Assembly: GCA_035652395.1 (NCBI GenBank)
Contig: DASRDX010000012.1
Location: 96,778 to 160,777 of the forward strand
Length of the DNA stretch: 64,000 nt
Direction: 5' to 3'
DNA from: Minisyncoccota bacterium
GTDB taxonomy: Bacteria > Patescibacteriota > Minisyncoccia > Phycocordibacterales > CAJBRS01
The notes beneath the pieces are model-generated. The model saw nothing but the letters and a program-made list of their open reading frames with translations, had not been told where the DNA came from and searched no databases. The translations under genes were made by a program, and so were the position numbers. Positions 28,050 to 37,898 of the stretch are shown one piece after another (position 1 is the first letter of the stretch; the number at the start of each line of letters is the position of its first letter).

Positions 28050-30008
28050 TTAATGAGTTGGTGTCCCGGGGCTTGGCTTATTTCTTCCCTCATCTGTATT
28101 TTTGGCAATATCCTCAAGTTTTCTTTCCATCTTACTTTCAATTTTACCTTCTTTTTCCAAGATTTCTCTAATCTTTTTAAAACCACTTTCTTCTTCTTTT
28201 TTCTTGGATTCATCTAAATAAAGTTTTCCCTCTCGCACATTCTTCCTCAATTCTTTAGCGGCCGCACGACGGGAACCGACCTTAAAACTACTAGCTTCCA
28301 GTTCCTCCGTTTGTTTTCTTTGTTCCTCAAGTCTGACATTTTTACTAAATTCATTTTGGGCCGCCTCTAAATCTTTTTGCGCGCCCTCTCTAGCGCGTGA
28401 AGCGTCAGCCAAATTCTTTCGTGCCTCTTTTGTTGCCGTATCGCCAACCGCTGTCGTTAACTGTTGTTTAGCAGCCTGATAGTCCTGTTCAGCCTTTTCT
28501 CGAGCCTTTCGAACATCTTCTGTTTTGAGGGGCATTTCTCTTTCTAGTCTGTTACCAGCTCTTTTATCGGCCTGAAGCGCTTCAAATTTAGTACGTCTTG
28601 TATTGATTTCTTCCACCCGCTTATCTATATCTTTAACGGACTCTTTTGCTCCAAACCTAGTCGCAACAAGTCTTCCGGTAGTTGCTCTTTTTACTGCGTC
28701 TCCAACACGAGTATTCCCAAATCTTTCAAATCTCCCTCCCTTCTCGAAAGATTTGTTAAGTGCATTAATACCAAAACCCCGCACAGCACTCCTACCAGCG
28801 ATCCCTTGTGCGCGTTTTCTTATCCCGTGAAAAGTTTGAAGAGCTAATTTTCCTCCTCGCGTTCCCCCGTTTTTGGCTAAAATTAAGGAAGCAATAAGAA
28901 AACCTATGACAACGGCATAACTAAACAGTACTCCAATAGCCGCCCTGCTACCCGAAGCGAGAGCCACAAAAGGGTTTCCTGAAATATTTTGATTATTTAG
29001 AAATGAGGTGGAATTTAAAATTCGGAGACTAACCCAAATCAACATAAAAAAAATGGGCGCAACCAAAGCTTCAGAAAATAATTTATCCCACCACTGAGAA
29101 GCGTATTTATTTGTTTGGGGTAAGATCATGGCGATAAAAGCCACCGGCGAAAAAATCATCAGGATAACTAACATTAGAAATCTGACAATGAAAATGATTG
29201 CTCCTGCCAAAAATACAAAAGCAGCTATTAAATAAACTACAATGCCTAACACAATAGCCATTAACTTAACGTTCGCGTTTGCCGTCTGGTTAACTGGATC
29301 TTCTACATAATTTCCATTTTGGTCAGTTTGATAATTATAAAGATCTTTTAGGTGTAGCGGACCAACAAAGGCATCCATTAAACCAGTTGCCGTTACTCCA
29401 TTTGTATTTGCAGAATTATTTAAAGGCAAAGCAGAATAAAAGCTGTACGAAAAGTAATTTGAGGCATCTATAATCACTTTGGTAAAGAAAAGGCTAAAAT
29501 TAATTAACAAGGCAATAATAATAAGATTAATCAATAACTTTTTGGTATTAAAACCGTTAATTTGAAGAATAGTCGAGATGGCGATAAACAGAATAATAAA
29601 GATAAAAAAGATATTGGCTAAATCTCGAAAAGCTTTCCACGCTTCAGGCAAAGCTCCAATACGATCAATATTGTCTCTCATATGAATTACCGTCTGGTCG
29701 ATAATGAAATTGAAAGCCACAGCCACTAACCAAAAAATAAAAGCAGCTATCTTTAGAATAAGATATAAGAATGTTATGAAATATCCATAGATAACACTTA
29801 AAGAATAAGTAGCTACCGCTTTTCCTCCAGAACTCAAGCAATCACTGGCCGAACCCGTTACAATTGACCACAATCCGTCATTCCCTGCCTTTAAACAATT
29901 GATAAGACCGCTGCTCTGGGCATGAGTTACATGGGCAGAAGCAAAAAAGACAATGGCTACAATTATGAAGAAAATTTTTAAAATCTTTTTATTTACTCGC
30001 TTCATCAC
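28050..30008 (-). CDS. VirB6/TrbL-like polytopic membrane protein with a charged coiled-coil tail
   Basis: 652 aa. Signal peptide, at least 6 transmembrane helices, C-terminal KRAE-rich region. Confidence 0.45.
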   Translation of the reverse strand: MMKRVNKKILKIFFIIVAIVFFASAHVTHAQSSGLINCLKAGNDGLWSIVTGSASDCLSSGGKAVATYSLSVIYGYFITFLYLILKIAAFIFWLVAVAFNFIIDQTVIHMRDNIDRIGALPEAWKAFRDLANIFFIFIILFIAISTILQINGFNTKKLLINLIIIALLINFSLFFTKVIIDASNYFSYSFYSALPLNNSANTNGVTATGLMDAFVGPLHLKDLYNYQTDQNGNYVEDPVNQTANANVKLMAIVLGIVVYLIAAFVFLAGAIIFIVRFLMLVILMIFSPVAFIAMILPQTNKYASQWWDKLFSEALVAPIFFMLIWVSLRILNSTSFLNNQNISGNPFVALASGSRAAIGVLFSYAVVIGFLIASLILAKNGGTRGGKLALQTFHGIRKRAQGIAGRSAVRGFGINALNKSFEKGGRFERFGNTRVGDAVKRATTGRLVATRFGAKESVKDIDKRVEEINTRRTKFEALQADKRAGNRLEREMPLKTEDVRKAREKAEQDYQAAKQQLTTAVGDTATKEARKNLADASRAREGAQKDLEAAQNEFSKNVRLEEQRKQTEELEASSFKVGSRRAAAKELRKNVREGKLYLDESKKKEEESGFKKIREILEKEGKIESKMERKLEDIAKNTDEGRNKPSPGTPTH

Positions 30009-31903
30009 TGTTGAATTACTTTAAATAATTGTCCCAACGCCGTTTGAATCAAATTGTTTACTAATTGAGTGACCATTTGATCATATCCTCCAGCGTTATT
30101 GGCCAATCTTTGAGTAGCCAACTGGTTATTTGCATTAAATTGAGCTAAAGATTGAGCACCCGTAACTTGGGTTAGACAATTGGTAGGTTGCCCGAAAGCA
30201 TCTACTGTTCTTACGCCACTACAACTGTCTATGTTTAATTGTCCTTGGTTGGCTAAATATTTTAAAGTCTCAGACCTATCACTTTGATTGAGAGCAGTCT
30301 GTAGTTGATCTGTCAATTTTAATTCCGCACCAAAAATATTGTAATCATCGTTTTGGCTAACGGCAAAGATTCCATCAAGACCTTGTTGATTAACCGCCTG
30401 AGCATTATATGGCGCTAACCCGCCTCCACCCGACGAATAATTTTTAACTAAATTTTGAATCACTTGACCTTGAAAGGGGGCACCACTATTTTGAGATTGT
30501 AAATAAGTGAAATAATTTTTTGCAGTCTCATTTTGGACTCCTAATAAAAATTGTGAAAGATTCTGAACGAAAGCAGGGTTGCCATTGAAGGCGGTATACA
30601 TCCAATTAAGGGTGGACTGCTGAATGTATTTGATCATAGCGTTTTCCAAACAATATGAGACAGCGTCCCAGCTCGGTTGATTTGGGAAACCAACTTGAGC
30701 CGCTCTAATATAACGTGCATCGTTAGCATTTTGAGTAACGCTGCCATTGATTTGAGGCAAGGTGCTGGTGATGTATGGCGCTGTTGCGTCATTGATATCA
30801 ATTGAGCCTCCTCCACCAGCGCCTCCTCCTCCTAGGCGTTTTGGAGTGGCCAGAAGAGCACGGTCTCCCGAGATTACTCCCCTGATCGCCGGTGTCAGAA
30901 TCTGACCGATAGTACAACCAAGAGCGTTAGTAGTGGCTTGAGAAATTCCTTGAAGTGCGCTGGCTTGCGGTCCAACGGTACTTGCTCCGCCCCCAGTATA
31001 AGAAGCGACTTGCGAGCGAGTTGGACGCGTACTAGTGCCGGTAGTGGTTGCTCCATTATTCAAATCGCCGGGCGCGCTGGCAAAATCGGAAAAGTCCTGA
31101 CTGAAATGCCAATAAAGATCGATGTATGAGCCGGCCGGCACATTCAATAATCCATTACTATTAAGATATGGCGGCGTGTTAGTAGTTAAGAAATTAATAC
31201 TGACAGATTTTCCGGCAATTGGAATGTCGTCATGACACGTCACATTATTAATACAAAGAGTGAAACCGGAATACCATCCGTCGGGTACGGTTACGGAAAC
31301 AGTGTGCAAACCCGGAGGTAAAGTGTCGAAAGAATAACTGGTAGTTGTGGCCGTATATCGTCCGTCCAAGGTAACAACTTGAGAATCGGCCACGCCACCA
31401 ATCGGTACTTTAAATCCCATAATGCAATCTGCCGTGCCTCGACACAGATAGAGAGGACCTTGATATGTGCTGGTTGAATTGCAACTGTTGCCACTACAAT
31501 CGTTTGTAACATTAAAAGCATAAGCATTGCTGGTGCCGTTGGCGTTAGTAATGGAAATTGGATAAGCACCGCTCGGTAGTGGCGTAGTGCCGTCACTTAA
31601 AGTGGTTGGAACATTAAAAAATAGCGAGGTGCCATCCGGTGAACTAATGCCGCTTAAGTGTTGATTGCCAAAGTTAACTGTGTTGTTAGATGAAGTAAAA
31701 CCGGTGCCGTATAAATTAACGACTGTGCCAGAAGGTCCGGAAGTCGGAGTTCCATTGCTTAGAGTAACCGCCGAAGCTTGGGCATTTGCATTGTAAGATC
31801 TGACGAAAAGCTGCGCGATTTTAGGGACGACTAAAACGGCCACTAAGACTACGGCTATGATCGCCACTCCCCAAATAATTTTTCTGTATTCAATTTTATT
31901 CAC
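30005..31903 (-). CDS. membrane-anchored surface protein with an IPT/TIG-like N-terminal domain
   Basis: 632 aa. Transmembrane anchor, then TLSNGTPTSGPSGTVVNLYGTGF, which is IPT-like; rich in Gly, Asn and Gln. Confidence 0.4.
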   Translation of the reverse strand: MNKIEYRKIIWGVAIIAVVLVAVLVVPKIAQLFVRSYNANAQASAVTLSNGTPTSGPSGTVVNLYGTGFTSSNNTVNFGNQHLSGISSPDGTSLFFNVPTTLSDGTTPLPSGAYPISITNANGTSNAYAFNVTNDCSGNSCNSTSTYQGPLYLCRGTADCIMGFKVPIGGVADSQVVTLDGRYTATTTSYSFDTLPPGLHTVSVTVPDGWYSGFTLCINNVTCHDDIPIAGKSVSINFLTTNTPPYLNSNGLLNVPAGSYIDLYWHFSQDFSDFASAPGDLNNGATTTGTSTRPTRSQVASYTGGGASTVGPQASALQGISQATTNALGCTIGQILTPAIRGVISGDRALLATPKRLGGGGAGGGGSIDINDATAPYITSTLPQINGSVTQNANDARYIRAAQVGFPNQPSWDAVSYCLENAMIKYIQQSTLNWMYTAFNGNPAFVQNLSQFLLGVQNETAKNYFTYLQSQNSGAPFQGQVIQNLVKNYSSGGGGLAPYNAQAVNQQGLDGIFAVSQNDDYNIFGAELKLTDQLQTALNQSDRSETLKYLANQGQLNIDSCSGVRTVDAFGQPTNCLTQVTGAQSLAQFNANNQLATQRLANNAGGYDQMVTQLVNNLIQTALGQLFKVIQQ

Positions 31904-31971
31904 CTCGTAAAATAAGCCTTTATTTTAGCGATATTTTCTGGACTTCTATTGAACTTCCCCTCTTTTAAAAA

Positions 31972-33045
31972 TTAGATGTTATTCCACATCAATCCAGGCT
32001 CATCTTTATTGAAGATTATAGCATTTTCCCGCAGATATTGGGCAATTTTAAGGTAGAAAGTGGGTAAAATATTGCGGTTGTTCTGATAAAGTTTAGCGTC
32101 CAGCACTCCTTTTACGGGGTCGGTCTGATAATTATTCAAATCTGAAAGAGCTACATACATTTGATTGTAACCGTTGACGATCGAAAGATGGATTTCTCCT
32201 ATTTCATTCGGTACGGCAATTTTAGAAAGATCATTTGCCAACTTTTTATAATAACTGGCGGATTGATCGTAGGTTGGATTGGAAATGAGTAAATAATCGT
32301 CCGAATCTTTCTGGTAAACTGAAGCAAGGGCGTTAGCGTAAGTTTTAATTTGATCTTTAGATGGAGAGTTTATGATATTCAAACTATCCAAAGTATATTT
32401 TTGAGCGGCTGGCGTAGAAGAGGGAACGCCGGAGAGAATATTTTGAATTAAAGTGCTTTTGTCCGGTTCTGAAACTTTACCGTTTTGATCTTGAGCTGTT
32501 AGATAAGAAGTAAAGAAATTTTTGGAGAGACTTTGAGTGAGATTGTTACTGGCAGAATTGTCGGTAGAAACGGCGATCTGTACGGCAGTGGTGATACGCG
32601 AATCTCCCGCTGAAAGGTAATCAGTGTAAGGCGGCGAGGCTCCGTTCGAACTTAGTTTGCTTGGGTCTCTTCCTTCATTTACTTCTACCCCGTCCAATGT
32701 GCCGTCACCGTCCGTGTCTGGATTTTTTGGATTGGTGTGCCAGATATTTATTTCCGCGTAATCACTCAAGCTGTCGCTGTCGGAATCTTTCTGGTTTTGA
32801 AGATTGTTTGCGGCTGAATATGAGAGATTTTTCTCGCCCAAAACCGAACTGGCGATATGATTTTTAGAAATAAAGACAACTAAAATTACCACTAGAGCAA
32901 GAATGCCGAGATAAAGGATTTTTTTACTTGGTTTTTTACTGTTTGGAGTCAAGAAAGTAAGCCTTTTAGCTATTATAGCATGGGGAAGCAAGCGGCCGGC
33001 CGTATCTTCGGCCGGCCGCTTGCTTCCCCAATCATTGTGCGCCAT
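31972..33045 (-). CDS. membrane-anchored protein with thrombospondin type-3-like Ca-binding repeats
   Basis: DSDSDS stretch and NPKNPDTDGDGTLDGVEVNEGRDP. The first roughly 30 codons overlap a 22-bp hairpin, so the true start may be the TTG near 32947. Confidence 0.4.
   Translation of the reverse strand: MAHNDWGSKRPAEDTAGRLLPHAIIAKRLTFLTPNSKKPSKKILYLGILALVVILVVFISKNHIASSVLGEKNLSYSAANNLQNQKDSDSDSLSDYAEINIWHTNPKNPDTDGDGTLDGVEVNEGRDPSKLSSNGASPPYTDYLSAGDSRITTAVQIAVSTDNSASNNLTQSLSKNFFTSYLTAQDQNGKVSEPDKSTLIQNILSGVPSSTPAAQKYTLDSLNIINSPSKDQIKTYANALASVYQKDSDDYLLISNPTYDQSASYYKKLANDLSKIAVPNEIGEIHLSIVNGYNQMYVALSDLNNYQTDPVKGVLDAKLYQNNRNILPTFYLKIAQYLRENAIIFNKDEPGLMWNNI
32981..33030. promoter_or_regulatory. 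22-bp perfect GC-rich hairpin (TGGGGAAGCAAGCGGCCGGCCG...)
   Basis: Perfect inverted repeat with loop TATCTT, at the divergent junction between the T4SS operon and the hydrolase genes. Confidence 0.55.
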
Positions 33046-33060
33046 AATTAAGTCGTCTTT

Positions 33061-34044
33061 ATGAAAAAATTTTTCATACCCCTTTCTTTTACTCTGTTAT
33101 TTCTCCTCTTATCATTATTCTTTATCTCGGAAACAAAAGCCCAGAATACTACTTATATCCCGCAAGGTAGTTTTCACTACGGTGCCACTGGATCCGAAGT
33201 AGAACGGCTTCAAGACGCTTTAGTTGTCTTAGGCTATCTCCAACTCTCCTCCAGCGATTATGATAATGGCGGCTATGGTAGTTTTGGACCGAAAACTCGA
33301 GCAGCGCTAGCTCAATATCAAGCGGATAACGGAATTTTTGGCGGAAACAATGGATATTATTACGGCCCCCAGACACGTCAAAACCTCCAAGACGATCTAA
33401 GTGTTTCAGCAAGCTCTAATCCCAATTCAGGATTGGCCGTTCAGCCTACTGTTCCTGGAGCGAATGGTGGCATATCTTCTAACGGCTCTACTCAAACTTC
33501 GCCACCGCCAGTTGTTAACGGAAACCCTACTCAGTCGAACAATTCAACCGCCAATCCTCCCGCTTCTCAGACAACTACTTCTTGTTTTAAACCGACCACT
33601 TCTGTTCCCTCTTACACATTACAAGCTCGAGTTACTTATTTCTACCCAGGTGACGGATCTTTCGGGGGTTGGGGAACGGCTACTAATTTAGATCTTCATA
33701 ATTTTGTTCTCAGTCAGAATTCACCTTACTTTCCATACCCTTGTCGTATCTTTGGAGCAGCCGCCGTGGATCCGCATCTTATTCCTTATGGAAGTTTAAT
33801 TAAAGTCTCTACTCCTTCGGTTGGAGATTTCTATTACATTGCTGCCGACACCGGTCCAGATGTGGTGTCTCGCAAAGCTTCCATAAAGTCCAGATCGTAC
33901 GGAGCAGATGGCAAACCGCTTCCAATTGTGGACTTATTTAGTCAAACTCCGAATTACAATGCATTCAACAGTGTTGTAACCATTACTCCGAAATTTTTCA
34001 CGATCAGTGGGGGTAGCTACAATGTTTCTGGTGGTTCAATTTAA
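33061..34044 (+). CDS. secreted cell-wall hydrolase: peptidoglycan-binding domain plus 3D domain
   Basis: Signal peptide, PG_binding_1-like GATGSEVERLQDALVVLGYL...GPKTRAALAQYQ, C-terminal 3D-like AAAVDPHLIPYGSLIKV...AADTGPDV...IVDLF. Confidence 0.6.
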   Translation: MKKFFIPLSFTLLFLLLSLFFISETKAQNTTYIPQGSFHYGATGSEVERLQDALVVLGYLQLSSSDYDNGGYGSFGPKTRAALAQYQADNGIFGGNNGYYYGPQTRQNLQDDLSVSASSNPNSGLAVQPTVPGANGGISSNGSTQTSPPPVVNGNPTQSNNSTANPPASQTTTSCFKPTTSVPSYTLQARVTYFYPGDGSFGGWGTATNLDLHNFVLSQNSPYFPYPCRIFGAAAVDPHLIPYGSLIKVSTPSVGDFYYIAADTGPDVVSRKASIKSRSYGADGKPLPIVDLFSQTPNYNAFNSVVTITPKFFTISGGSYNVSGGSI

Positions 34045-34047
34045 ACT

Positions 34048-35241
34048 ATGTTACTCAAAACTAAAATTTTTTTACTGTCCCTCTTGATTTTCAGTCCAAT
34101 TTTCTTTATTCATGCCGAAAACTATCTTTCCATTTCCGCTTCCTCCACCTTCTCCCGCGATCTGGGCCTAGGCAATCGTGGCCAGGATGTTGAAAATCTA
34201 CAATGCATTTTAGAAGTCAGTACACCCACAGGCTATTTCGGTCCGATTACCCAAGGAGCTCTGGTGCAGTTTCAAAATGCTCACGCCGCTGACATCCTAA
34301 CTCCGGCGGGGTTAACTCAAGGTACCGGTTATTTTGGGGCCAGGACTCGAGCCTTCATTAACACACAATTAGCTCAAAAAGGAGCAACCTCAACTACTCC
34401 AACTTGTCCGACGTATGTACCGCCTGGTTCCACCCCAACTCCTACTCCAAATCCTTTACCAAACCCACAACCAACACCGAATCCAAGTCCTAATCCCAGC
34501 CCAACCCCGACCTCATGTCCAACTGGCTACAGTTGCACCCCAACTCAGCCCGCTAATTGTCCTATCGGTTATAGTTGCTTACCTACACAACCAACCTTCA
34601 ATTCTTATGGACTAAACGGTTACGGGAATATCAGTGATCCTTACAACAATCCTTACTCCGCTTACAGTCCTTCTATAAACGCGAATGCTTACACAAACCC
34701 GAATATTAGTCCGTTAGTTGGTCATGCTTCTCCCAATAATCAATATGCTGCATATGCCGAGGACGTTAATCCAGCCGAGCTTCAGGCTTATCTGAATCAC
34801 GGTTGGTATTACGGTAAAGACAATGGCGGAAATGATTGCCGAATTGATCCCGTAATCGAATTCTTGATTGAAAAAGTGCCGAAGCTTTTCCCATGGGCAC
34901 AGGTCAATAGCAGTTGTAGAACGCAAGCATATAACAACCAGGTCGGAGGCTCTCCATCCTCTGCGCACATTACCGGTGAGGCAGTAGATTTTGGCAGTCA
35001 AAGTGGTATGAGCGGCCTCCTAAACAGTACCGATCCAAAATGTCCGGCCAGCATCAAAGCCAATTGTTTGGGTCAGGGGCAGCAACTAGTTATCTGGGCT
35101 CAGCGAAACGGCGCTATCTTAGGATTACATCAAATCATTTTCGACGGAGTCTTATACAATTCTCCCGACGGAATAAACTGGACAAATAAACCATATACTG
35201 AATACGGGGGTCACTATGACCATGTTCACCTTGGCCGCTAA
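34048..35241 (+). CDS. secreted PG-binding protein with a C-terminal M15-type (VanY/LAS-like) metallopeptidase domain
   Basis: PG-binding GNRGQDVENLQCIL...GPITQGALVQFQ, Pro/Thr linker, SSAHITGEAVD (SxHxxGxAxD) and DHVHL. Confidence 0.55.
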   Translation: MLLKTKIFLLSLLIFSPIFFIHAENYLSISASSTFSRDLGLGNRGQDVENLQCILEVSTPTGYFGPITQGALVQFQNAHAADILTPAGLTQGTGYFGARTRAFINTQLAQKGATSTTPTCPTYVPPGSTPTPTPNPLPNPQPTPNPSPNPSPTPTSCPTGYSCTPTQPANCPIGYSCLPTQPTFNSYGLNGYGNISDPYNNPYSAYSPSINANAYTNPNISPLVGHASPNNQYAAYAEDVNPAELQAYLNHGWYYGKDNGGNDCRIDPVIEFLIEKVPKLFPWAQVNSSCRTQAYNNQVGGSPSSAHITGEAVDFGSQSGMSGLLNSTDPKCPASIKANCLGQGQQLVIWAQRNGAILGLHQIIFDGVLYNSPDGINWTNKPYTEYGGHYDHVHLGR

Positions 35242-35362
35242 TACTGAGGGAACAGCTCATTCGATATACATCCTGGACTGTGACAAAAAGCAGCGACCAA
35301 AATCAAAGGCCGCTGTTTTCTTTCTCTTGTTGCCTTTTTCTATTGGGGTATAATTACTTCAA

Positions 35363-37114
35363 ATGAAAAACAAATCTATTTTTTTCAGTCTTTTAATAGC
35401 CGCTCTCTTAATCCTGTTCGCTAAAAATTTTTCCTCCCATATTTTGGCCCAAAGTTACTCAAGTCTATTTAATAATCCTCAGACCACTACAACCACCACT
35501 ACCACTACTCAAACCACCGGCACCTCCTTTACACCGGTCTATGCTAATAGCCGCTGGTCCGAAGATACAATGCGAAGCTATTTCGGCCAGTACAACATTA
35601 GCGTAGGGAACGGTGCCACGGTATATGGTTTGGGAAACTTTGCTGTTACCGGCATCATTTCTTTGAAAAAAACCACTGACTATTACAATGCTGTAGTTCG
35701 CGGATCGAATACGCCAGCCAATATTGTAGTTGTACGAGCTACCGAAACTTACGGAATAGACAAACCTGTTCTTGATGTTCAAACCGACGCCGTCTTGGAT
35801 AATTTCATTACTACTTTGGCCACCAATCGCGGCAATACTTCAAGTGGCAATCTCTATCAGCTCGGGGACGATTACTTCTTTCAGCAAAGCGGCTACTGGC
35901 ACATCATCTTCGGCCCCTCAAATGGCGCATTTGTTAAAAACACCATTGCCTTCTTTGGTATCGTCCGCGACAATTTCAATGTTCAGCATCCGACTTTGAC
36001 TAACACCAATGTCCCCTCTTCCGTTAATTTTTATCGAACCCTTTCACTTGGATCGAGCGGATCGGACGTCCGAGATCTTCAAAAACTTCTTAATACTGAT
36101 CCTTATACTCAAGTCGCCCCAAGTGGTGCCGGCTCTCCCGGAAACGAATCAACTTACTTCGGTGCTCGCACTCAAGCGGCGGTCAAAGCTTATCAATACA
36201 AAAACAATGAAATCCTGGATGCGGCCGGCATCACTACTCCTTCCGGCATCGTTGCTTCGTTCAGCCGCGCTCATCTCACTGCATATTGGAATTATCTAAA
36301 TACAAATTTGCGCGGCACCGGTCATTCTCCGGTTTTGCAATACCCAACTCCAACTAAACCACTTCAGGATATTCCGTTAAACGGCACTTATCCGGCCACG
36401 ACTGTTTCTGCTACTTCCACCATAACTATTACTCCGACAACCACCCCAATTGCTGTTATTACTACTCCTAATGCGCCAACTTATAGCGGCTCATACGGAG
36501 ACCTGCCAGTGCAAGGCAACCCTAACGACTCACTGAATAACTTGCCGGTCTTTCAACAGCCACCAGTGGTTAATGGTAGCAATGTTACAGATCCAAATAA
36601 CTCCGCCAATCAATCGAGCGCCCAACAGCCGTCATTACTTCAAAGCTTACTACCAACCATTCTGCAGACAGCTACTAGATTTTTGACGGGTAGTACGGGA
36701 GGATTAGGGGGACCTTCTGCTCTACCTGAATTTGGAGGCCATACTCTCTATAATTCAGTTTATGACAATAGTCCTTATAAACCGTGTGGAGTTAGCGCAG
36801 CAGTTTCTATTGTAGTAAACGATAATTCGGCCAAACCCACCGGAATTAAACCCATTGTCTTGGCACAGTCTCCCTCAACACTATTAATTAATGGATCTCC
36901 TCCTATAGGAGCTTGTGTTTTGGGTAGTTATACTCCAAGTGGCGCTGCAGCTATTGCTGGCTGTCAAACCAAAGTCAAAATAAATAACCAGGATGTTGTG
37001 GTTCCCGGAACAGGGCAGGCCCTCAATATTGACCCACAATTCCAGCCTTATAAAGTACTTCCGGTTACGGGTGCTATCGGTATGATGAATCAAAATTCAG
37101 GAGCTTGTCACTAA
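35363..37114 (+). CDS. secreted Thr-rich protein with a central peptidoglycan-binding domain
   Basis: 583 aa. Signal peptide, poly-Thr stretch, GSSGSDVRDLQKLL...GARTQAAVKAYQ. Confidence 0.45.
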   Translation: MKNKSIFFSLLIAALLILFAKNFSSHILAQSYSSLFNNPQTTTTTTTTTQTTGTSFTPVYANSRWSEDTMRSYFGQYNISVGNGATVYGLGNFAVTGIISLKKTTDYYNAVVRGSNTPANIVVVRATETYGIDKPVLDVQTDAVLDNFITTLATNRGNTSSGNLYQLGDDYFFQQSGYWHIIFGPSNGAFVKNTIAFFGIVRDNFNVQHPTLTNTNVPSSVNFYRTLSLGSSGSDVRDLQKLLNTDPYTQVAPSGAGSPGNESTYFGARTQAAVKAYQYKNNEILDAAGITTPSGIVASFSRAHLTAYWNYLNTNLRGTGHSPVLQYPTPTKPLQDIPLNGTYPATTVSATSTITITPTTTPIAVITTPNAPTYSGSYGDLPVQGNPNDSLNNLPVFQQPPVVNGSNVTDPNNSANQSSAQQPSLLQSLLPTILQTATRFLTGSTGGLGGPSALPEFGGHTLYNSVYDNSPYKPCGVSAAVSIVVNDNSAKPTGIKPIVLAQSPSTLLINGSPPIGACVLGSYTPSGAAAIAGCQTKVKINNQDVVVPGTGQALNIDPQFQPYKVLPVTGAIGMMNQNSGACH

Positions 37115-37894
37115 ACTCCTCCAATTTTCTAAACTCAAATCCTCTGCCCGAGATTTTTCCGAAAGGCCGCAACTTCGGAATTTCTCCGGCCAGGAAATGG
37201 CGCCGATAGGCGCCATTTCTTTTAGATTACTGACGAGAAATTTGCGCTTGTGGGCAAAACCGGCCCGCACCAGATCGAAAAATTTTTCCTCATCAATTTG
37301 ATTATCGTGAAAAATTTTTCTGGAAATATCTTTAATTAAAAGAATGGCCGAATCTACTTTCGGTGCCGGCGAAAAATACTTCGCCGGCACCGTTTTAATA
37401 TATTTCGGCTCTCCATAAGCTTTAACACTAATCGAAAGCAGGCTTTCTTTGCCGTCTTTCGCTACGATTCTTTTCGCCACTTCCTTTTGGAGCATCAAAA
37501 CCATCAATTCCGGTTGTAACTTAGCCGTGAGGAACTTTCGCAAAAAAGTACCAGTAATGTAATAAGGAATGTTGGCGATAAGCTTATAGCTTATAGGGAT
37601 TAGCTTATAGAAGTTTTCAAAATCAAAATTTAAGATATCCTGATGGATTAACTGAAATTTTCCACTCTTTATCTCATTTGAGAATTTTTCTTGAAGTTGT
37701 TCAATTAATCGATCATCTTTTTCTACGGCAATCACTTTAGCTCCGGTGGTCAGCAAGGCTTCCGTCAACACTCCTTTTCCGGGGCCAACCTCAAGCACTA
37801 AATCTTCTGGCTTGAGGTTGGCCACCTTTATAATTTCAATTACCGCCGCTTTTGACTTTAAGAAATTTTGACCGAGTGATTTTTTTGCCCGCAT
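37097..37894 (-). CDS. rsmA: 16S rRNA (adenine1518/1519-N6)-dimethyltransferase
   Basis: 265 aa. LGQNFL motif, SAM-binding VLEVGPGKGVLT, NIPYYIT motif. It carries an in-frame 21-nt tandem duplication (YKLIPIS/YKLIANI). Confidence 0.85.
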   Translation of the reverse strand: MRAKKSLGQNFLKSKAAVIEIIKVANLKPEDLVLEVGPGKGVLTEALLTTGAKVIAVEKDDRLIEQLQEKFSNEIKSGKFQLIHQDILNFDFENFYKLIPISYKLIANIPYYITGTFLRKFLTAKLQPELMVLMLQKEVAKRIVAKDGKESLLSISVKAYGEPKYIKTVPAKYFSPAPKVDSAILLIKDISRKIFHDNQIDEEKFFDLVRAGFAHKRKFLVSNLKEMAPIGAISWPEKFRSCGLSEKSRAEDLSLENWRSLVTSS

Positions 37895-37898
37895 AGAA

